Numbered from the stretch's first letter, positions 38,654 through 52,076 are shown. The stretch: DNA of 64,000 nucleotides from Squalus acanthias (GCA_030390025.1 CM059444.1:24676001-24740000); one strand, 5' to 3'. The notes: generated by a model not told the origin, from the letters alone. Numbers and translations: made by a program.

Positions 38654-39781
38654 CTTGTAGAGGCAAAAAGAATCTTTAAAGATGCTATAAATGTTTGCAT
38701 TGTCATTTTCAGCCTTTCCGAAAGTTGCTTGGAACACAAACATAACCTTGGCTGGTAAAAGTAAATGTGGAGGCAAGAAGCAGAGTATACGGACAAGTGG
38801 TGGAGCAGTGCTGCACCTGAATCCCTGTTTAACGGCTGGTGACGTGGAGGTGCTATTGCGTGAGGTGGGCGCAAGGAGGGTTGCTCTGATTAGAACTCCA
38901 GTGCACACTCCGCTGGGGGATTAGCAGTGCAGCATGCCTGGCAGGAAGTCAAAGCCCCCCTGCACACCTCCCCACATCCCAGACCCACACTGCCAGCTGG
39001 CTGTGCGTGGCAGCTTTCCAATTTCCGGCCCTCCTACAACCAATGAGCCACACCTGGGCACATTTGGTGCCCACAGCTCGCCGGCAACATTTAAATGAGA
39101 CCCGAACCCCGATATGCTTCAAGTCTCCCAACACTGGCTTTGGGTGGGTGGGGCTGCCACTCTACTGACTTGGTACCCTCTTTGGGCAGGAGTCAAAATT
39201 CCTCCCCCCCGCCCCTCCCTCCCTCCCCCCGCCCCTTCCCTCCCCTCTCCGCCCCCCCTCCCCCCGCTCCGTCCCAGGGACTGAGCAGGCCCTTCTTTTA
39301 AGATAAAGCTTATCAGGTACTTAGCCTGCCAGCAGGGAAAGTGTGGTATGTATCATTATTTTCTATACAATGAGCAAGATAACTGAATTAAGTCAAAGTC
39401 CGGTGAGATTTACTAGAAATATTACGCTGTGGTCACTTAGGAACTATAAAATAGCCAGTTTGTTGATTTTTTTCATTTGACCTCACTAAAGTCAGTGCAC
39501 TTTTCTGCACTTTTCAGAAGATTAGAGAAGCATATGAAGGGGTTTGTGCGTGATTATGGTCTTCAGTTCATCTAGCCAGATGATTCATGTCACAACTCCT
39601 CAGTTCTTGCTATCATATGACCATATATTGGGCAGTAAAGGTAAACCCCTGATTGCACAAGACATGGAATCTGCTTACAGAAGATGCTGAATGGAAAGAA
39701 TATCTAGAGCAGACCTGAAACTATTGACCTCCCGGAGCTTGTTATATGCTCCTCTGCCACTTAGAGGCCAGAAGGTTTGAA

Positions 39782-40010
39782 GCAAAAAAGCAAAATACTG
39801 CAGATGTTGGAAATCTGAAAAGAAGAGAAAATGCTGGAAAAACTCAGCAGATCAGACAGCATCTGTGGAGAAAGAAAAAAAACTTAAAGTTTCAGGTCCT
39901 ATGATTCTTTGTTAGAACTGGAAGATATTACAGACCAACAGCTTATAAGGAGGAACAGAGCAAGGGAAAAGGGGTGGGGAAAAAAACCACCACATACACA
40001 GGAGAAAAAA
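39782..40010 (-). mobile_element. Penelope-like family A terminal repeat, degraded
   Basis: gcaaaatactgcagatgttggaaatctgaaa...ctcagcag...agcatctgtggaga matches 26334-26470; hammerhead core decayed. Confidence 0.75.
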
Positions 40011-40308
40011 AATGATCTGCAAAGTGATTGAGTGAAGAACAGGAGATGATTAAATGACAGAAGTGATAATAGCGTAAAGCAAAAAGAGGCATGATGAGAG
40101 AAATTAGAGAAATAAAAGATATATACAAGACCCAGAGGATGTCAATGATTAAAGTTGAGGGAGAAGGAAGCATGAAAAAACTGGCAAAGCATAGCAGGCT
40201 CCAGTGGCATGGAAGTCTGGTGGAAGAAAAGGGCACATAGACACCAGGGGTGCAGACCACTCCACCGGCCATGTACTAATAGGGCATCCCGATCCCAATC
40301 ATCAACTC

Positions 40309-41707
40309 ACATAAGAACATAAGAACATAAGAAATAGGAGCAGGAGTAGGCCATTCGGCCCTTCGAGCCTGCTCTGCCATTCAATGAGATCATGGCTGAT
40401 CTTCTGCCTCAACTCCATTCACTGGCCCTATCGCCATATCCCTTGATGCCCTTACTAGTCAGAAATCTATCGACTTCTGTTTTGAATATACCCAATGACC
40501 GAGCCTCCACAGCCCTCTGGGGTAGAGAATTCCAAAGATTCACCACCCTCTGTGTGAAGAAATTTCTTCTCATCTCAGTCCTGAATGGCCAACCCTTTAT
40601 CTTGAGGCTGTGGCCCCTGGTTCTAGACTCCCCAGCCAAGGGAAACATTCTCCCAGCATCCATCCTATCAAGCCCTGTAATAATTTTGCATACTTCAATG
40701 AGATCCCCTCTCATTCTTCTGAATTCAAGAGAATACAGGCCTAGTTTACTCAATCTCTTCTCATACGACAGTCCCGCCATCCCAGGAATCAATCTCGTGA
40801 ACCTTTGTTGCACTCCCTCTATGGCAAGTATATCCTTCCTTAGGTAAGGAGACCAAAATTGTACACAGTACTCCAGGTGTGGTCTCACCAAGGCCCTATA
40901 TAATTAGAGTAAGACTTCTTTACTCCTGTACTCAAATCCTCTTGTAATGAAGGCCAGCATACCATTTGCCTTCCTAATGGCTTGCTGCACCTGCACATTC
41001 ACTTTCAGTGACTCATGTACAAGGACACCCAGGCCCCTTTGAGCATCTGCATTCTCCAATCTTTCACCATTTAGGAAATACTCTGCCTTTCTGTTTTTTC
41101 TACCAAAGTGGATAACTTCACATTTATCCGCATTATATTCCATCTGCCATGTTCTCGCCCACTCACTGAGTCTGTCGAGATCCCCTTGAAGCCTCTTCAC
41201 ATCCTCTTCACAACTGACACTGACACCTAGCTTTGTATCATCAGCAAATTTGGAAATGTTTCATTTAGTCCCCTCATCCAAATCATTGATATAGATTGTG
41301 ATTAGCTGGGGCCCAAGAACCGATCCTTGCGGTACCCCACTAGTCACAGCCTGCCATCCTGAAAAAGACTCGTTTATCCCTACTCTTGTTTTCTGTCTGT
41401 TAACCAATTCTCAATCCATGCTAGTATATTACCCCCAATTCCATGTGCCCTAATTTTGTTCACCAACCTCTTGTGTGGGACCTTATCGAAGGCCTTCTGA
41501 AAATCCAAATACACCACATCTACCAGTTCCCCTTTGTCTACTCCACTAGTTACATCCTCAAAGAACTTCAATAGGTTTGTTAAACAGGATTTCCCTTTCA
41601 TAAATCCATGTTGACTCTGCCCAATCTTACTATTAGTTTCTAAGTGCCCAGTTATTACATCCTTTATAATAGATTCCAGCATTTTCCCAACTACTGATGT
41701 GAGGCTA
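40309..41707 (-). mobile_element. CR1 LINE 3' fragment
   Basis: ORFs 41380..41682, 40904..41200, 40409..40891; (ACATAAGA)3 tail. Confidence 0.93.
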
Positions 41708-41759
41708 CATCCTCCCCCATCCCTGGAAAAGCTGGTGCACCCATCCTACATTACAAGCA

Positions 41760-42020
41760 TCTACTGTCAGACAGAAAATGGGATCTCTGGTTAAGGCTGA
41801 AGTTGTCAAAGTCAATATTAATGCCAGATGGCTGTAAAGTGACGAGTAGAAAGATGAGGTGCTGTTCCTCAAACTTGCGTTGAGCTTCATTGGAACCGTG
41901 CAGGAGGCCAAGGAGAGAGTCGGAGTGGGATTGAGAATTGAAGTGACAAGTGACCGGAAGCTCAGGGTCACACTTGCAGACAGATCTAAAGTGTTCAGTA
42001 AAGGTGATCACCCAATCTGT
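41760..42020 (-). mobile_element. Penelope-like family A GIY-YIG C-terminal fragment
   Basis: DPELPVTCHFNS...EAQRKFEEQHLIFLLVTLQPSGIN aligns with the peptide at 26821-27024. Confidence 0.82.
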
Positions 42021-42449
42021 GATTGCCCTCTCCAAAAATGATAGACATAAATATTCTATGTTCCCTGGATGTGTTATCTGGAGAAACAATTGGCCGGACT
42101 TCAATCATGTGGATTGTAAGGTTGGTTTGATATTAGGGGGTTTTGATCAATTACCTTTGGAAGTTGGGGAGAAATTTCACAATACCTTATCTTCTTGAAG
42201 GTTTCTTCTGAGGTTGGTTGCCACCCTTTAGAGTCTAAGTGGTTTAGAACAGGGCAGATTATACATGGTTTATGGAAGGAATGGGTTTGATGGGCCAAAT
42301 AGTTTTTTTGCCATTACCTGTTTGAGCAAGCCTTTGGCTTAGGGTTAGCTTTACTGCCTCTGAATCAGAAGGTGCAGCGTTCAAACCTATTTGGTGCCTC
42401 TTCTGGTGTACTGCCTGATAAAACTGGATGGGGACATCCCAATAAAGTA

Positions 42450-42510
42450 AGAAGTCGCACAACACCAGGTTATAGTCCAACAGTCCAACGCCGGCATCTC
42501 CACATCATGA
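42450..42510. mobile_element. Penelope-like family B, 61-bp inverted mini-insertion
   Basis: 12-bp duplication CCCAATAAAGTA (42438-42449, 42511-42522); an inverted piece joined to the 3' tail at a gtccaac repeat. Confidence 0.85.
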
Positions 42511-42561
42511 CCCAATAAAGTACACAGTGCATGCACCAGCCAAATTGCAGTCGGGATCCTA

Positions 42562-43017
42562 TGTGTCAGCTGTGGCTCAGCGGATAGCACTCTCGCCTCT
42601 GAGTCAGAAGGTTGTGGATTCAGGTCCCACTCCAGAGACTTGCGTACAAAAATCTAGGCTGACTCTCCAGTGCAGTACTGAAGGAGTGCTGCACCGTCGG
42701 AGGTGCTGTCTTTCGAATGAGATGATAAACCAAGGCCTTGTCTGCTCTCTCAGGTGGACATAAAAGATCCCATGGCACTATTTCGAAGAAGAGCAGGGGA
42801 GTTATTCCCGGTGTCCTGGCCAATATTTATCCCTCAATCAACGTCATTAAAACAGATTATCTGGTCATTATCACGTTGCTATTTGTGGGAGCTTGGTGGG
42901 AACAGATTGGCTGCTGTGTTTCCTACATTACAACAGTGACTACACTTCAAAAAGTACTTCATTGGGATGTCCTGAGGTCGTGAAAGGCTCGATTTAAATC
43001 CAAGACTTTCTTTCTTT
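42562..43017 (+). mobile_element. DeuSINE (SacSINE1-like), best-preserved copy
   Basis: A box TGGCTCAGCGG, B-box-like GGATTCAGGTCC, Deu core gaggtgctgtctttcgaatgagatg...aaagatcccatggcacta, tail ending (CTTT)n. Confidence 0.9.
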
Positions 43018-45069
43018 AGGACCCTGATTTGCATAATAAAAGGACTTACTGCCTGAAACAGGTCGTCACTCCAGCTGCCCAGTGAAAGATCCCTTTGACG
43101 ATGAAGGCAGCTAGAACACCAGTGTAAACGAGACGGTAAGCCATTTTCCAGCCACTTACCGCCCTGCTAACACCAGGTGGCTCAGGTTAAAATCTACCAC
43201 ATGGCGCTTTACCTTCACCATTATTCTCTGATGTAGAACCTTGTCAAATGCTTGTTTGAAAATCTAACTCTATTTCACCCAGTGTTTTTCCTTTGGTAGA
43301 AGTATAATTGAACAGCTCCAGCAAGTCAGTAATGATCAAATCTTGCCTTTTGTATCCATCCTGGTTATTTGTTATCAAGCTGTACTTATCCAGAAATGAG
43401 ACCATTTTCTGGCCTTCACAAACTGCCCTTCCACTGTCACAGATCAAATAGGGCAGGGCTTCTTTTCTCAGTCTAAATCCAAGTTTCAGATATCTTTCAT
43501 GGCACAGAAAAAAATTAGCTTTTCACAATCTACCAAAGTGCTTGCTTATGAAATAATTTTGCAACTCGATGTGTTGAAAGAGATTTTTTTTTAACAATTT
43601 TATTCTATTCAATTTTGTGGTATTTCAATTTAAACAAAATGCTATAGGTCTATGAGATCAAGGCTGGTGCGATGCATCATGAGGCTTTCAGCTGCAGTAA
43701 CAGCTTTTATGGTCTTGCATGCTTTCATTGGACTATCTTGCTTTACACAATATGCTTTTGAAATAAATATCTGTTCTAATACTTGCCTGTAGGAGTATTC
43801 AAAAGCAATTCAAAATGCTATTCACTAACATTAGGTACATAATAAAACTATTAAACTTTTTATTAAGTAAAGGTTATAGTACAGAAATGCTACATAATCA
43901 GAGGAGCAATATACTAAATGATTTAATGCTGAGCAAAAACATCATTGTTATACCGTGTGTTTTTGTATAAACATTCCATAATATTCATGGATTTATAAAT
44001 AGATCTGCACAATCAGATCCATCCATAGTTTTCACTTCATCTTGTGCTGGAACTAGAGACCACATTGAAGAATGTAATGGATAGTATCAAATTACAGTTC
44101 CATTTTGGGGCTGCGGTGGGTGCAGCGAGAATCAAGCAAAGGGAGAAGGTCTAGGCTTGGGCTGTTCCCACCCGTTTGAATAAAGATCTATTTGTACCTG
44201 AGCCAGTTTTAAAATCGTATCAGAAGGCGGAAGATTGTGCTCCAAATAAACATTGGTGCACGTTAATAATGAACTTAAGTTCAGAATTGATGTAAATCCA
44301 GAACAAATCCAAATTAACAACTGTTAATGAAGTATCAATAGAGGATATGTCATGCCCGGCAATGAGTATGATAAATATTTCTATCACTGAAGCTGAGAAG
44401 ATGGCCTGCATTGTGAAATCATGAGTGAATTCGCGTCAGCGTCACATAGATGCATAACTCTCACTACTGAATTCATAACACTTATGGAATGTTTCCAACT
44501 GAAAAATTGCATAAAAAACATTTGTTTCATGTCGGTAACCCAAAAAAATCAAAGAAAAGTACTATGTGATGATCACACATTTGTCATTTTGATGTAATAA
44601 ATTGGGCTTAGAGCAAGCGGGCAATTTAGCAGACTTCATTGACTACATACTCTGCCTTCAAAATTTTGTTTTACATTCTTAAACAAAATTACAAGGACTT
44701 GACATATCTGTTTCCTTTGAATTAAATATACTTTTTATGGATTTTGCCAGAATATTTAAAAATGTCCTAAGTATTTTTTACTCTCCTTAGATGGGGGTGT
44801 CCAACAATTGTCACAAATGTGATGTGTTTTGATCTGGCCCATGAAGACCCTGCCAGTTCCTTTTTTCTTTGTACATTGGGACGCAAAACCGATTTTGACT
44901 TCATGCCTATTTCCCAGTTGTGGGGGACTGAGAAAGGCTTTTCCCAGCTTCTTTAACTCATCAAGGAGCAACCTTTACCCAACGCCCGGGCCTAGGAATG
45001 GAATGGAAGAAGGGAGGTTGGCTGAAAAGATGAGAAGGGGAGAGCCTGAATTTATTGTGTATGGGGGAG

Positions 45070-46560
45070 GGTGGATCTTGGAATTTTCTGGGGGGTCAGC
45101 GGGTGGGATCGGTGACAGGTCGGGTGGAAAGTGTTTTTTTTTGACAGGGGTTCGGGACCCTGCTGTCAACCCACTACCAAATGTCGGGTCTGTCAGCACT
45201 GAGCAAACCTGACAGGCAGCAGTGGGGGAGGTAATTCAGGTCATTATGTCGTTATTAACAGAGGATTAACAACAATTTTGAGCTCACCTTTAGAATTTAC
45301 CAGCTCGCCAGCAGGGTCCACGCTGCTCGGGGATCACGTCTGTTAAGCTGGGCGGGAGTTGAATGGCCATAAAATCATCTCATTACTTGACAGCTTGAAA
45401 TGTGCTATAAAAGCTCCCATCTCATAGCTGTTCACTTTCCAAGTTCAGAAGCTGTTGCTTACTGCATTTGGAAGACAGATTGAACTTTATGCAGGTTGCA
45501 AGTGTTTGGAGCAAACTCTCTATCCAGTGTCATCTCATTGGAACAAACTCTCTCACCATTGACAGATTGCTTCTGTCATCTCAAGTTCACCTGCCATCTA
45601 TTCCATCAGCGTAGGTACCGTTTATAATTTCTCACCTTGGTCCTCAGAATCTGACCATGATCAGCTGCAACACCATCATCACCAGGCACACCAGCAGCAC
45701 CAACAACCACACCAACTTTCTCCGCAATCACCTGATGCTGCACAGGACAGAGGACATCAGCACCCGACCACATTGCTGCCCAGGACCGCAGGGATGGCCT
45801 CACCATGGCCACATTTACTTCACTTGATGTTGCACACCCTGGCCGCTATATGATGCACCAGGTTGGCACCATCCCACATCAACACCATAAAGAATCCCTA
45901 CAATGCCCAAGCCTTTCATTTCACACTCATCAGCATTGTGGGGGATGTGTGTGGGGGGGGGGGGATACCGTTATGTCTCACCATTCACTGCAACTCACTA
46001 TGCCACTTCCAAAGGTGCACACAAATCTGTCCAAGAACAGAAAGTGTTGAAAATAAAGATTTCAATGTTTGACACCACATTAACAGAAATTTCACATGAA
46101 CATTGGCTAAAACACCCAAGTGCCTACCCTTGTGTGTTGTTAGTTGGTATAATTGGACTAGGATGAGGGTGGGTGTGAGGGGTGGCTAGTGAAATGGGGA
46201 AGTGATAATGTAGATAGAGAGGGATGGGTGGAGGTGCAAGGTAAGTTGGTGTGAGTAAGGATGTGCAGAAGTAGGGTAGGGAAGGCAGAGTTATGGGGAT
46301 GTGATGCGTGGCACAGCAGGATGAGGTTGAGTGTAGCTTTGCAGTAATGTTTTGTGATCTACTGAGATCATTGAAAGGTTTGCGCCACTGCAGCCTGGTC
46401 CTCCTGACGACATCCTTGCTTGTGTCCTCCTGTGCAATGTGTAACCAGGCTGCGTTGGTCTCCTGGGGAGGTCTCTTCCACCCATTGGAAGGGAAGAGAA
46501 CCTCCCTCTGTGCTGTGACTCCCTCCATAAGCAGGGATTGCCTGGATGCAGCCTTCTGTG
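45070..46560. mobile_element. Second copy of the Harbinger element with Myb/SANT remnant
   Basis: Colinear with about 3240-4650; ORF 46124..46645 contains VLFPSNGWKRPPQETNAAWLHIAQE...QWRKPFNDL; ends eroded. Confidence 0.83.
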
Positions 46561-48098
46561 TGTATCGGGCTTCAATTTTGTTAGCTTCCCCCATTGTGTA
46601 TTTGGGGTAGATGCTGCATTTTGTGTGTATTGGGGTCTTATACATGCGTATGAAAGCTCACATTTCTGCATAACCATATGGTGCTCACTCATTGCTTTTG
46701 ACACGTGTATCTGGCCCTCAGCTCCAAAGGTTGGACATGCTGCCTTCAGATATACAATAATGCGGTTATGAAACCTGATAGACATCGAATGAACATCACG
46801 CTGTACTTTTAAGGTGTTAAGCTAAACTGTGCAGATATCCACGGTCGGATGCATTCTCACAATATGACCCTATCAACTACAGATGGCTGCTGCATTAACA
46901 TTAGTTACTGTTATTGGCATACCTGCCAATGGAAGATAAGACAAAATGTAGTAGGTTAGTTAAATAACAATAAATATTGCAATGCAAAAAGAAAGACAAA
47001 AAAATTACATCAGGTCAATAGTGGAAAAGACAAAATACTGTCATTACATCATATATGTAAATAATAAATAAATAATTCCCTGAAAAGTACCCTTTGGCTA
47101 TTCCTTGATCTATTTAAATGTGCCTCAAATTGGATCACAAGAATGTCTATTCCAGCACATAAGGTGCATGTGATCCACTTACAGGGGAGCAGGTATCTAC
47201 GCCTGATCAAATTCAGAACAGCTACAGTCTCAGAATTTATGTCTCAATGGAGTAAAGTTGTTTGCTTTTAGTACTATACTTCAGTTACTTACACTAGATA
47301 AGTAAAGTGTTTTCTTCAACTTGTGTTCATTATCTACTTTCATTGAATGAACTGCTAGATTTTTGTTTCAAACAGAATTGGTTCAAGTATTTTGTAAACT
47401 AATCACTCCTGATATGTGTCCTGTTTAATTTAGTATGTTTATGTTTTTAAATTTGAAATTTTAATGTTTGCTATTTAGTTGTCAATTTTGTTGCACTTCA
47501 TGTGATTATGCATGTTTTTGGCATTTTCACTTAATCTATAATGGTTAAGCTGCCTGAAATTGGTGAAAAACTATTGGAAACAAATTTGAAGTTAAAAAAA
47601 TTCCATGAATCAAAGAATTGTACAAGTAGATTACTAATTGGGGCTGGTGGTTTGTGCAAAATAAGCTACTCCTTTTATGACCTTGGTAACTCATAACTCT
47701 CACATAGCGAAGGCATGGTGGGACTTGGCAGCCTATTCTGCATAAACCATTCATTGCTGCAGTGGATTTTCTATTACGACCTTCAAATTTAAACTATACG
47801 CATTTCAGACAGTGAATCATGGTGCGGTAGATATGGTCCCATTTATGAATGCTAATAATGCCTGAGGTCCACTATTTAGTAAGATTTGGAGTGATTTTAT
47901 TTGCATCTGAACAGCAATAACTAGCATTAGTGTCTAAGTTAAGGACAAGGAGACAATTTGACCTCCTGATAATGTCAGTGAATTCGTTTTTAAAAATGAA
48001 CAGTAACAAGTCTGCCAACCAACTGTACACTGCTACTTAGAGGAAAAAATTGAGAGGTCGCACAACACCAGGTTATAGTCCAACAGTTTTATTTGAAA

Positions 48099-48140
48099 TC
48101 ACAAGCTTTCGGAGCTATCGATTGCTCCTTCCTCAGGTGA
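48099..48140 (-). ncRNA. Minimal type I hammerhead ribozyme motif (family B)
   Basis: Inverted copy of 48818-48859. Confidence 0.78.
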
Positions 48141-48817
48141 AGTAAATTAGATACAGAATCGCCAAAGCCTATATAGATAGAAAACAAAGCATGTGTACCT
48201 TACAATTGCAGACCACGGCGAGACCATGCAGACACTGAGACAACGTATGAACGAGCACCGCGCAACAATCGCCAGGCAGGATTGTTACCTCCCAGTCGGG
48301 GAACACTTCAGCAGTCAAGGGCAGTCAAGGACATTCAGCCTCGGATCTGCGGGTAAGCGTTCTCCAAGGCAACCTTAGAAACACACGACAACGCAAAATC
48401 ATCGAGCAGAAACTGATAGCCAAGTTCCGCACTCATGAAGACGGTCTCAATCGGGATCTTGGGTTTATGTCACGATACATGACGTGATCCGGACTCGAGT
48501 CGTCGTTAGCTTGTTCACAGATGTGATTCCCAGTAAAAAAGTAAACATTTTCCCAGTAAAAAAGTAAAAATTTTAAAGCTTTTCGTTTTACATACAGACG
48601 GCAGCTTTTGACACGTTAGAACCCCTGCGACTACACCTCATTGTCTCAGTTGTATCTTGCTATGTCTTTGATGTGGTACCTTCCTGGCTGACTTAATTAA
48701 CTTTATTACACCTCGGCAGATAGTCAGGATGATTTAATTTAGTGGTCTGCAATTGTAAGGTACACATGCTTTGTTTTCTATCTATATATGCTTTGGCGAT
48801 TCTGTATCTAATTTACT

Positions 48818-48859
48818 TCACCTGAGGAAGGAGCAATCGATAGCTCCGAAAGCTTGTGA
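48818..48859 (+). ncRNA. Minimal type I hammerhead ribozyme motif (family B)
   Basis: TCAC-CTGAGGA-A-GGAGC(AATCGATA)GCTCC-GAAA-GC-TT-GTGA. Confidence 0.8.
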
Positions 48860-50406
48860 TTTCAAATAAAACTGTTGGACTATAACCTGGTGTTGTGCGA
48901 CCTCTCAATTTTGTCCACCCCAGTCCAACACCGGCATCTCCGCATCATGACCACTTAGAGGAAAGCCCATCCATTGTCATTAAATAGCAAATTGCATGTT
49001 TCATTACCAGGGCCATAATATATTAGCTTTGACTTTATCACCTTACCACTATTTAACACTGTGCCATGCCTCATCTTAGGTCTTTAAAGTTCAGGGACAA
49101 AATATGCAAGTCTTGCACGAACCAGCTTGCCAGTTTCAGTTTCTAATAGCACTTAAAATAGAACCGTCGCCAACATGAAACATTGTGAGTCTATGAGGGT
49201 GGAGGAGAAGAGAGAGGAGTTCTAAAAACTAATGTAGAACCTAAATTTACCTGATTTTTATTTTTTATTTGAACACTTCTTGGAATTAATTGTGAAATTA
49301 ATCTTATTAACTGGAATAATCTTTTATCCCAGGAAATACTTTGAAATCTCTGAAATAAAACCCAATCCTTCAAATGTTTCACGCCAGTACAATTAGACAT
49401 TTTAAAATATACAGGTTTGAATTCTAAGGAAATTGTGGCAACATTTATTTTTGATTTGGAAGGTCAATCTTTGCAGAATTCCCATAATTTCTTTGCTGAA
49501 AATCCCAATAATTATGAAAAATGTTAAGCTGTTTATCCAACTAACTGTCAGTAAGTGAACATTTCCACCATAACTAAACACAAACTAAGAATCTTGTGAA
49601 CTTTGCTCATGGTAAGTTGAATGATGTGCTGTTTTTAAATGACAGCAGCATTATACAATGTAAAACACAAAATTATTTTGCTGCTAAAATGAAGCTGTGT
49701 TAAACTGACCTGTCCTTTAAAATTCTAACTGCGGCTTGCAAATTGGAAGGTGCTGGTAATTTTTTGGCTCCAGGTCTGAAGAACTCAGCATGAAATTGAT
49801 AGCTTTCTTTCTCATTTATTTATGATTGTTTTTGCATCTATAACAAATCATGACAGCTGGAGTGTGGTGTTTGAAAAGTGATGACACACACTAAAAGCAA
49901 AACTTGGATATTAGTGGATCACCAGTGCCAGATATGCTGTTTTAGAAGGACAGTTTCATTATAACATGGAATGCTCAACACAGTATTCATCTGCTAAAGT
50001 GCAGCTCTGTGCAACTTGGCGTGTCACTTCAAGGTATAAATACTGCGACTGCCTGCGTTAATTAAAGGGTAATTGTTCTTAGATAAATTGTCTGGGTCGA
50101 TTAGAAGTCAATTTGGTTTCTCGGACCTTTTTAAAGTGTGACTCCTAAAGCAAATTAGAAGGTATTTTCTATTGGTGAGAAAGTTTATCTCTGCATTAGA
50201 AATGATTGGATTACTTTCTCACTTTTTAAATTATTTTATTCGGTGTAACAGAAATGTGTGCAACATCTGAAGTGAGTAGGGTGTAGTCAGAACTATATAT
50301 TTCCCGTGGCATTTCTCATGATAAGTAGGATGGTACACTGCTTTAGTAGGACAGCATTGTTATACCATGTAATACACAATGTAACATTCTGCTAAATAAT
50401 TAAGTT

Positions 50407-50990
50407 GTGTCAGCTATGGCTCAGAGGTAGCACTCTCACCTCTGAGTCAGAAGGTTGTGTGTTCAAGTCCCGCTCCAGAGACTTGAGCACATAATCTAGG
50501 CTGACACTTCACTGCTAGTACTGCGGGAGTGCTGAATTATTCAATGTGCCATCTTTCGGATGTGACGTTAAACCAAGGCCCCATCTGCCCTCTCAGGTGG
50601 ACGTAAAAAATTCTACAGCACTATTCGAAGAAGAGCAGGGGAGTTTTACCCGGTGTCCTGGCCAACATTTATCCCTCAACCAACATCTAAATCAGATGAT
50701 CTGGTTGTTTAGTTCATTGCTGTTTGTGGGAGCTTGCTGTGCATTTCTTACATCGCAACAATGACTACACTTCAAAAGCACTTCTGACGAAAGGTCATCG
50801 ACCTGAAACGTTAACTCTGTTTCTCTCTCCCCAGATGCTGCCTGAGCTGCTGAGTATTTTCTGTTTTTATTTCAGGTTTCCAGCGTCTGCAGTATTTTGC
50901 TTTTTTATTAGTGTTCAAAAGTACTTAATTGGTTGTAAAGTGCTTTCCTGAGGTCATGAAAGGTGTTCGATAAATGCAAGTCTGTCTTTC
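50407..50990 (+). mobile_element. DeuSINE carrying a Penelope-like insertion
   Basis: Full SINE sequence interrupted at ttcaaaag(c/t)actt. Confidence 0.88.
50784..50913 (+). mobile_element. Penelope-like family A 3' fragment beginning at the hammerhead core
   Basis: Duplication TTCAAAAG(C/T)ACTT (50771-50783, 50914-50926); starts CTGACGAAAGGTCATCGACCTGAAACGTTAACT. Confidence 0.85.
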
Positions 50991-51769
50991 ACAAAAGGTG
51001 TGCCCCATTATGGTAACTAAGTCTAATTGTTGTTAAGCAAACACAGATTAGGTAAACCGGAGCATAATTGCTCATTGGTCAGGGAAGTTTGAAAATTGGA
51101 CTGTGGCTTGTCAGTTTCAGGCTGCAACTCAAAAGCACCCAATATCATAACTTTGTTTTCTATCTGCTACAAAGTGTGATATCTATATATGCTAGATGTA
51201 CTTAAACATATTGATAGATAGAGATTATATTCAATTTCCTAATACACAAATAGCAATGGAGAAGCATTTGAAGGGTCCTTTTACCTGTGATGTGAAATAA
51301 TTATTGTTGGAAGATCTACATGCCAATAATTTTTTACAAAGCCAAAAAATTAGCATAAACATCACTAAAGATTGATTGTGGAATAACCCATAAGTGCCTC
51401 AGTATATTCATTGACTGTAAATAAACTGATGGAAGGTTTGCACTTTTTAAGCTTCTTAATGCAGCTATTTGTCTTAAAGTATTCATTTCCTTGTAATTGG
51501 ATGTTGGCAAGTATTAGCAGAGGTCGGAAATTACAGCACATACTGTCCTAACACCACTAACCTGAGTCCAAGCAATAAATTACTGTGCTCGCTCTTGAAC
51601 TTGCATTAGGAGAATGACCTTTCCAAGTTGATCACTGAGGTAGTCTTCAGTTATGTTTCAAAGTGCCCAGCAAATCTGGGGTTCTGGAAATAGTTAGCTT
51701 GTGAGACTGGCTGTGAACAGAGCTGGGACTGAGGCAGGGTACTGCTTGCATGTGCTTTGGGAATGTTGG

Positions 51770-52004
51770 AGCCGTAGTTGCTGCCGCTTTTTCCGTGTTT
51801 CGCGGAGTTTTGACAATCAGCAATGTGGCCGCAGCCTCTGATGAGTCATCTAGAGCTGAATGACAGATCGCCCCTCTGCTCAGGCTCCGTTATATTACAG
51901 CCGCTCAGGTTCAACAACGCACATCACTCAATCCGACAGAACGAGCAACCGGTATCACTACACCAGGGCGGGCAAAAAACCCAAAACTTTATCGAAAGGG
52001 CATC
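51770..52004 (+). promoter_or_regulatory. Candidate proximal promoter and 5' UTR of the prokineticin gene
   Basis: Local CpG enrichment; AP-1 palindrome GATGAGTCATC at 51840-51850; TATA-like TATATTA at 51891-51897; Inr-like CATCACTC about 30 bp downstream; repeat-free. Confidence 0.55.
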
Positions 52005-52076
52005 ATGAAGAGTCTTTCCTTCGCCCTCATCAGCTTTGCTGCCATCAGCTACGTTTACACTGCCGTAATTACTGGG
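52005..52076 (+). CDS. PROK1/PROK2: Prokineticin (AVIT family) first coding exon: signal peptide plus AVITG
   Basis: ATG with A at -3; MKSLSFALISFAAISYVYT (19-aa hydrophobic signal) then the invariant AVITG; phase-0 donor GGG|gtgagt at the position where vertebrate PROK exon 1 ends. The paralogue cannot be resolved from this exon. Confidence 0.9.

Larger units (their letters stand above)
48047..48952. mobile_element. Penelope-like family B, fold-back insertion with GIY-YIG remnant
   Basis: 12-bp duplication ACTTAGAGGAAA; about 48047-48215 inverted at about 48745-48912; + strand GETMQTLRQRMNEHR...PVGEHFS...EQKLIAKFRTHEDGLNRD. Confidence 0.92.

Noticed and set aside
42562-42640. tRNA-like sequences (also 57588-57680) as tRNA genes
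   Set aside because: No complete cloverleaf, and they continue directly into retroelement bodies.
44132-44411. Hydrophobic minus-strand ORFs as a signal-peptide exon
   Set aside because: No ATG and donor pair in a compatible phase; not convincing.
49251-49349. 99-bp minus-strand exon-like segment with good splice sites
   Set aside because: Open only in phase 0-0, so incompatible with the phase-1 candidates; very AT-rich and no recognisable protein.
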